Both the position numbers and the translations under genes were made by a program. From the NCBI GenBank assembly GCA_049510745.1, contig JBEKYR010000060.1:1-27063 (forward strand): a stretch of DNA of 27,063 bases, given 5' to 3'. The stretch comes from Verrucomicrobiota bacterium (lineage in GTDB: Bacteria > Verrucomicrobiota > Verrucomicrobiia > Limisphaerales > Palsa-1400). A model generated the notes under the pieces. That model ran no database searches. It had not been told where the DNA came from and saw nothing but the letters and a program-made list of their open reading frames with translations. Shown one piece after another: positions 24,145 through 27,063 of the stretch; positions within the stretch are counted from its first letter, which is position 1; each line of letters opens with the position of its first letter.

Positions 24145-26721
24145 ATGCCGCGTCACAGAATTTCATTGCCAGCCGCTTTGCTTTTGCCCGTCGGCCTCGG
24201 GCTGGCTGGCGCAGGCTTTTTTTTCGGCGCGTCCCAGGCGTCCGCCCAGGCGATCGAGGAATCCGAGCGCGAGTTTCTGCGCGGCCATTATGAGGCGGTC
24301 ATCAAGACGGCGCAGGAGAAGGTGGACGCCAACGGTTACCGGGAGGGCTGGCGGGTCCTGCTGGTGAAATCGTTGTTGACAGTGGGGCGCTACCGCGACG
24401 CTCACACCAACGCCCTGGCCGGTTTGGCCGGCGGCTCCGGCGGCCTGGAATTGCGCCTGCTCGCCCGCCAAACCACGCTGTTCCAGGACGATTCCGCCGG
24501 CGCCGCCCGCCAGTTGGCCGACCTCAAGCTGCTGATCGAACAACGCTTCGGCTCCTTTCAAAGCGAAGACGCCGTCCCGCTGGGCCAGGCGCTGCTCTTG
24601 CTGGGCATGGAACCGAAATTGGTCCTGGAGAATTGTTTCCGCCGCGCCGAGGCGCTGGACCCGCCAATCCGCGAGGCCTTTCTCGCCAGCGGCCAACTGG
24701 CACTGGACAAACATGACTTCGCCCTCGCCGCCGAACGCTTCCGCGCCGGGCTAAAGAAGTTTCCCGACGATCCCGAAATGGAGTCCGGGCTGGCCCGGGC
24801 TTTCGCCGCCGGCGACCGCGACCAGATGTTGACCCACATCCAAGCCGCCCTCGACCTCAATCCGCGCCATATCCCGACTTTGTTGCTCCTGGCGGATCAT
24901 TTGATCGACGCCGAGCAGTACGACGAGGCGGAAAAACAACTGGCCCTTGTCCTCGGGATCAATCCGCATCGCCCGGAGGCGCTGGCCTGCCGCGCGGTGC
25001 TGGCGCATTTGCGCAACGACCCGGCCGCCGAGCGGCAATTCCGCTCCGACGCCCTGCGGTATTGGAGCAACAATCCGCAGGTCGATTATCTCATCGGGCA
25101 GAAGCTGGCGCGGAAATATCGTTTCGCCGAGGCGGCGGAGGCGCAAAAGCGCGCGCTCGATTTTGACCCGTCCTATCTGCCTGCCAGCCGCGAACTGGCC
25201 GAGGACCTCTTGCGCCTCGGACAGGATGACGAAGGCTGGAAACTGGCCCAGTCCGTCCACGCCAGGGACGACTACGACGTGACCGCCTACAATCTGGTCA
25301 CACTGCGCGACCAGATGGAGAAATTTCAGACCGTCTCCAACGCCGCCTTCATCGTCCACATGTCGGCGCACGAAGCGCCCTTGTATGGCGGCGCGGTGCT
25401 GGAATTGCTGGGGCGCGCCCGCGAAACCCTTTGCCGCAAATACGGCGTCGAACTGACCCGGCGCACGACGGTGGATATTTTTCCCGAGCAGAAGGATTTC
25501 GCCGTGCGGACTTTCGGCCTGCCGGGCAATCCGGGCTACCTCGGCGTCTGTTTCGGTTCGGTCATCACGGCCAACAGCCCCGCCTCGCAGGCGCCCAATC
25601 CCGCCAATTGGCAGGACGTGTTGTGGCATGAGTTCTGTCACGTCGTCACGCTCAACGCCACCCGCAACCGCATGCCCCGCTGGTTGAGCGAGGGGATTTC
25701 CGTCTATGAAGAGCGCCAGGCCGATCCCGCCTGGGGCGAACGCATGAACCTGGCTTATCGCGACTTGATCCTACAGGGCAAACTGACGCCGCTGGGCGAG
25801 TTGAGCGGCGCGTTTCTCACCCCGAAAAATTCAAAGGACCTCCAATTCGCCTATTACGAGTCGTCGCTTGTCGTCGAATTCCTGGTCGAGAGGCACGGCC
25901 TGGAAACTCTCAAAACGATTCTCCATGACCTGCGCGACGGCGGGGAAATCAACAAAGCCATCGCCGCCCACACCGCGCCGCTCCCGGAACTGGAAAAACA
26001 ATTCGCCGCCTTCGCCCGTAACAAAGCCGTCGCCCTCGCGCCGGAGGCGGACCTGGACAAACCGCCCGCCGACGTCTCCGCCGCCGAGGCCGCGGCCTGG
26101 GACCTGTTGCATCCGCATAATTATTACCGGAAGCTGGACGAGGCGCAGAAATTGATGGAGGCCAAACGCTGGGCCGACGCCAAGCCGGTCCTCGCGGCGC
26201 TGGCGGAATCCTATGCCGGAGAACGGCGCGCGGAGAACCCGCTCTGGCTGCTGGCCGTGACGGAGCGCAACCTCCAGGAAACCAACGCCGAACTGGCTGC
26301 GCTCGTGAAATTGGCCGCCCGCGAATCCGACTTCGTGGACCTGGAGGTCCGCCTGATCGAATTATTCTCCGCGCAAAAGGACTGGCCGGCGGTGATGAAC
26401 CATGCCCAACGTTTGCTGGCCATCAATCCCCTCATTTCCGCCCCGTACCGCGCGCTGGCCGAGGCCGGCGTCGCCGCCGGAAAACCCGATGTCGCCATCG
26501 GCGCTGACCGCAATTTGCTATTGCTGGACCCGCCCGATCCGGCGGCGGTGCATTTTGAACTGGCGCGCCTGCTGCACGCGCGCGGCGGCGCCGAAAGCGA
26601 GGCCAAGCGCCACGTCCTGCAAGCCCTGGAAGAGGCCCCTCGTTTCCGCGACGCGCAATGCCTGCTCCTGGAAATCGAGGGGAACAAAGGCGCGCCGGCT
26701 GACCGCGACAAACACACGTGA
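24145..26721 (+). CDS. Exported TPR-repeat protein with peptidase MA-like (gluzincin) domain
   Basis: Signal/anchor MPRHRISLPAALLLPVGLGLAGAGFFF; many TPR-like helices; VLWHEFCHVVTL...PRWLSEGISVYEE...AYYESS; start ATG 24145 avoids overlap with the divergent gene. Confidence 0.88.
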   Translation: MPRHRISLPAALLLPVGLGLAGAGFFFGASQASAQAIEESEREFLRGHYEAVIKTAQEKVDANGYREGWRVLLVKSLLTVGRYRDAHTNALAGLAGGSGGLELRLLARQTTLFQDDSAGAARQLADLKLLIEQRFGSFQSEDAVPLGQALLLLGMEPKLVLENCFRRAEALDPPIREAFLASGQLALDKHDFALAAERFRAGLKKFPDDPEMESGLARAFAAGDRDQMLTHIQAALDLNPRHIPTLLLLADHLIDAEQYDEAEKQLALVLGINPHRPEALACRAVLAHLRNDPAAERQFRSDALRYWSNNPQVDYLIGQKLARKYRFAEAAEAQKRALDFDPSYLPASRELAEDLLRLGQDDEGWKLAQSVHARDDYDVTAYNLVTLRDQMEKFQTVSNAAFIVHMSAHEAPLYGGAVLELLGRARETLCRKYGVELTRRTTVDIFPEQKDFAVRTFGLPGNPGYLGVCFGSVITANSPASQAPNPANWQDVLWHEFCHVVTLNATRNRMPRWLSEGISVYEERQADPAWGERMNLAYRDLILQGKLTPLGELSGAFLTPKNSKDLQFAYYESSLVVEFLVERHGLETLKTILHDLRDGGEINKAIAAHTAPLPELEKQFAAFARNKAVALAPEADLDKPPADVSAAEAAAWDLLHPHNYYRKLDEAQKLMEAKRWADAKPVLAALAESYAGERRAENPLWLLAVTERNLQETNAELAALVKLAARESDFVDLEVRLIELFSAQKDWPAVMNHAQRLLAINPLISAPYRALAEAGVAAGKPDVAIGADRNLLLLDPPDPAAVHFELARLLHARGGAESEAKRHVLQALEEAPRFRDAQCLLLEIEGNKGAPADRDKHT

Positions 26722-26968
26722 ACGAAGCATGTCTGGTTCATGTTAGAAGTGGAGGTTCATGGCCGCAAAAGTCCCCTCGTAGCGGATATCGGGCAAGCAC
26801 AAAACTGAAGGGCAACGGTTTGAAGATTTTGACTGCGATTTGGAAATGCATGTCGTAGTGAGTCGCACGCGTCTGGTCTTGCTGAAAATGGATTTTTCGG
26901 CTTCAATCCCTTTCGTCCAGCACACATGACAGCTCAAGAACTAACCTAAGTTCCATTTTCTCCAAGCG

Positions 26969-26981
26969 TAAGTCGTTGATT
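26969..26981 (-). promoter_or_regulatory. IHF consensus binding site
   Basis: Minus strand AATCAACGACTTA matches WATCAANNNNTTR exactly, in AT-richer non-coding DNA. Confidence 0.5.
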
Positions 26982-27063
26982 TGCAAGCTTCCGGTATTCG
27001 TTCACTTGCTACAACTGGCCCTCCGTCCAAGCGGGCGGCTTGGCAAAAAGCGTCAGCAAATCC

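Noticed and set aside
27027..27043. CCAAGC-GGGCG-GCTTGG hairpin as a terminator
   Set aside because: The A-run lies 3' of the stem on +, so neither strand has a U-tract after the hairpin

Overview
High-GC bacterial chromosomal window, most likely Verrucomicrobiota subdivision 3 (Pedosphaera/Limisphaera-like; inferred from protein styles, not from a marker gene). Housekeeping genes (trpS, ftsK, Ste24-type M48 protease, pgsA-like, Tat-exported TIM-barrel isomerase) are interleaved with envelope and accessory genes. These are: a receiver-HDOD protein fused to a membrane anchor and a GspB/PilP-like periplasmic domain, preceded by a sigma-28-like promoter; a double beta-propeller surface protein; a sugar C-methyltransferase plus Gmd-like pair; a FecR-TPR-beta-barrel (NsrA-like) gene directly upstream of a 1567-aa CBM20-like/MBG/Ig surface protein; and a TPR-HExxH peptidase. 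An AT-richer intergenic region (about 10.9-11.7 kb) carries several different 9-10 bp period micro-arrays and a promoter-driven small ORF or sRNA candidate. No rRNA, tRNA, CRISPR array or transposase was recognised. The best candidates for an undescribed system are the barrel plus giant surface protein pair (with a shared C-terminal domain and strong Thr-Asn bias in the secreted proteins) and the trans-envelope HDOD fusion. All domain calls are by eye from motifs; no database search was run.
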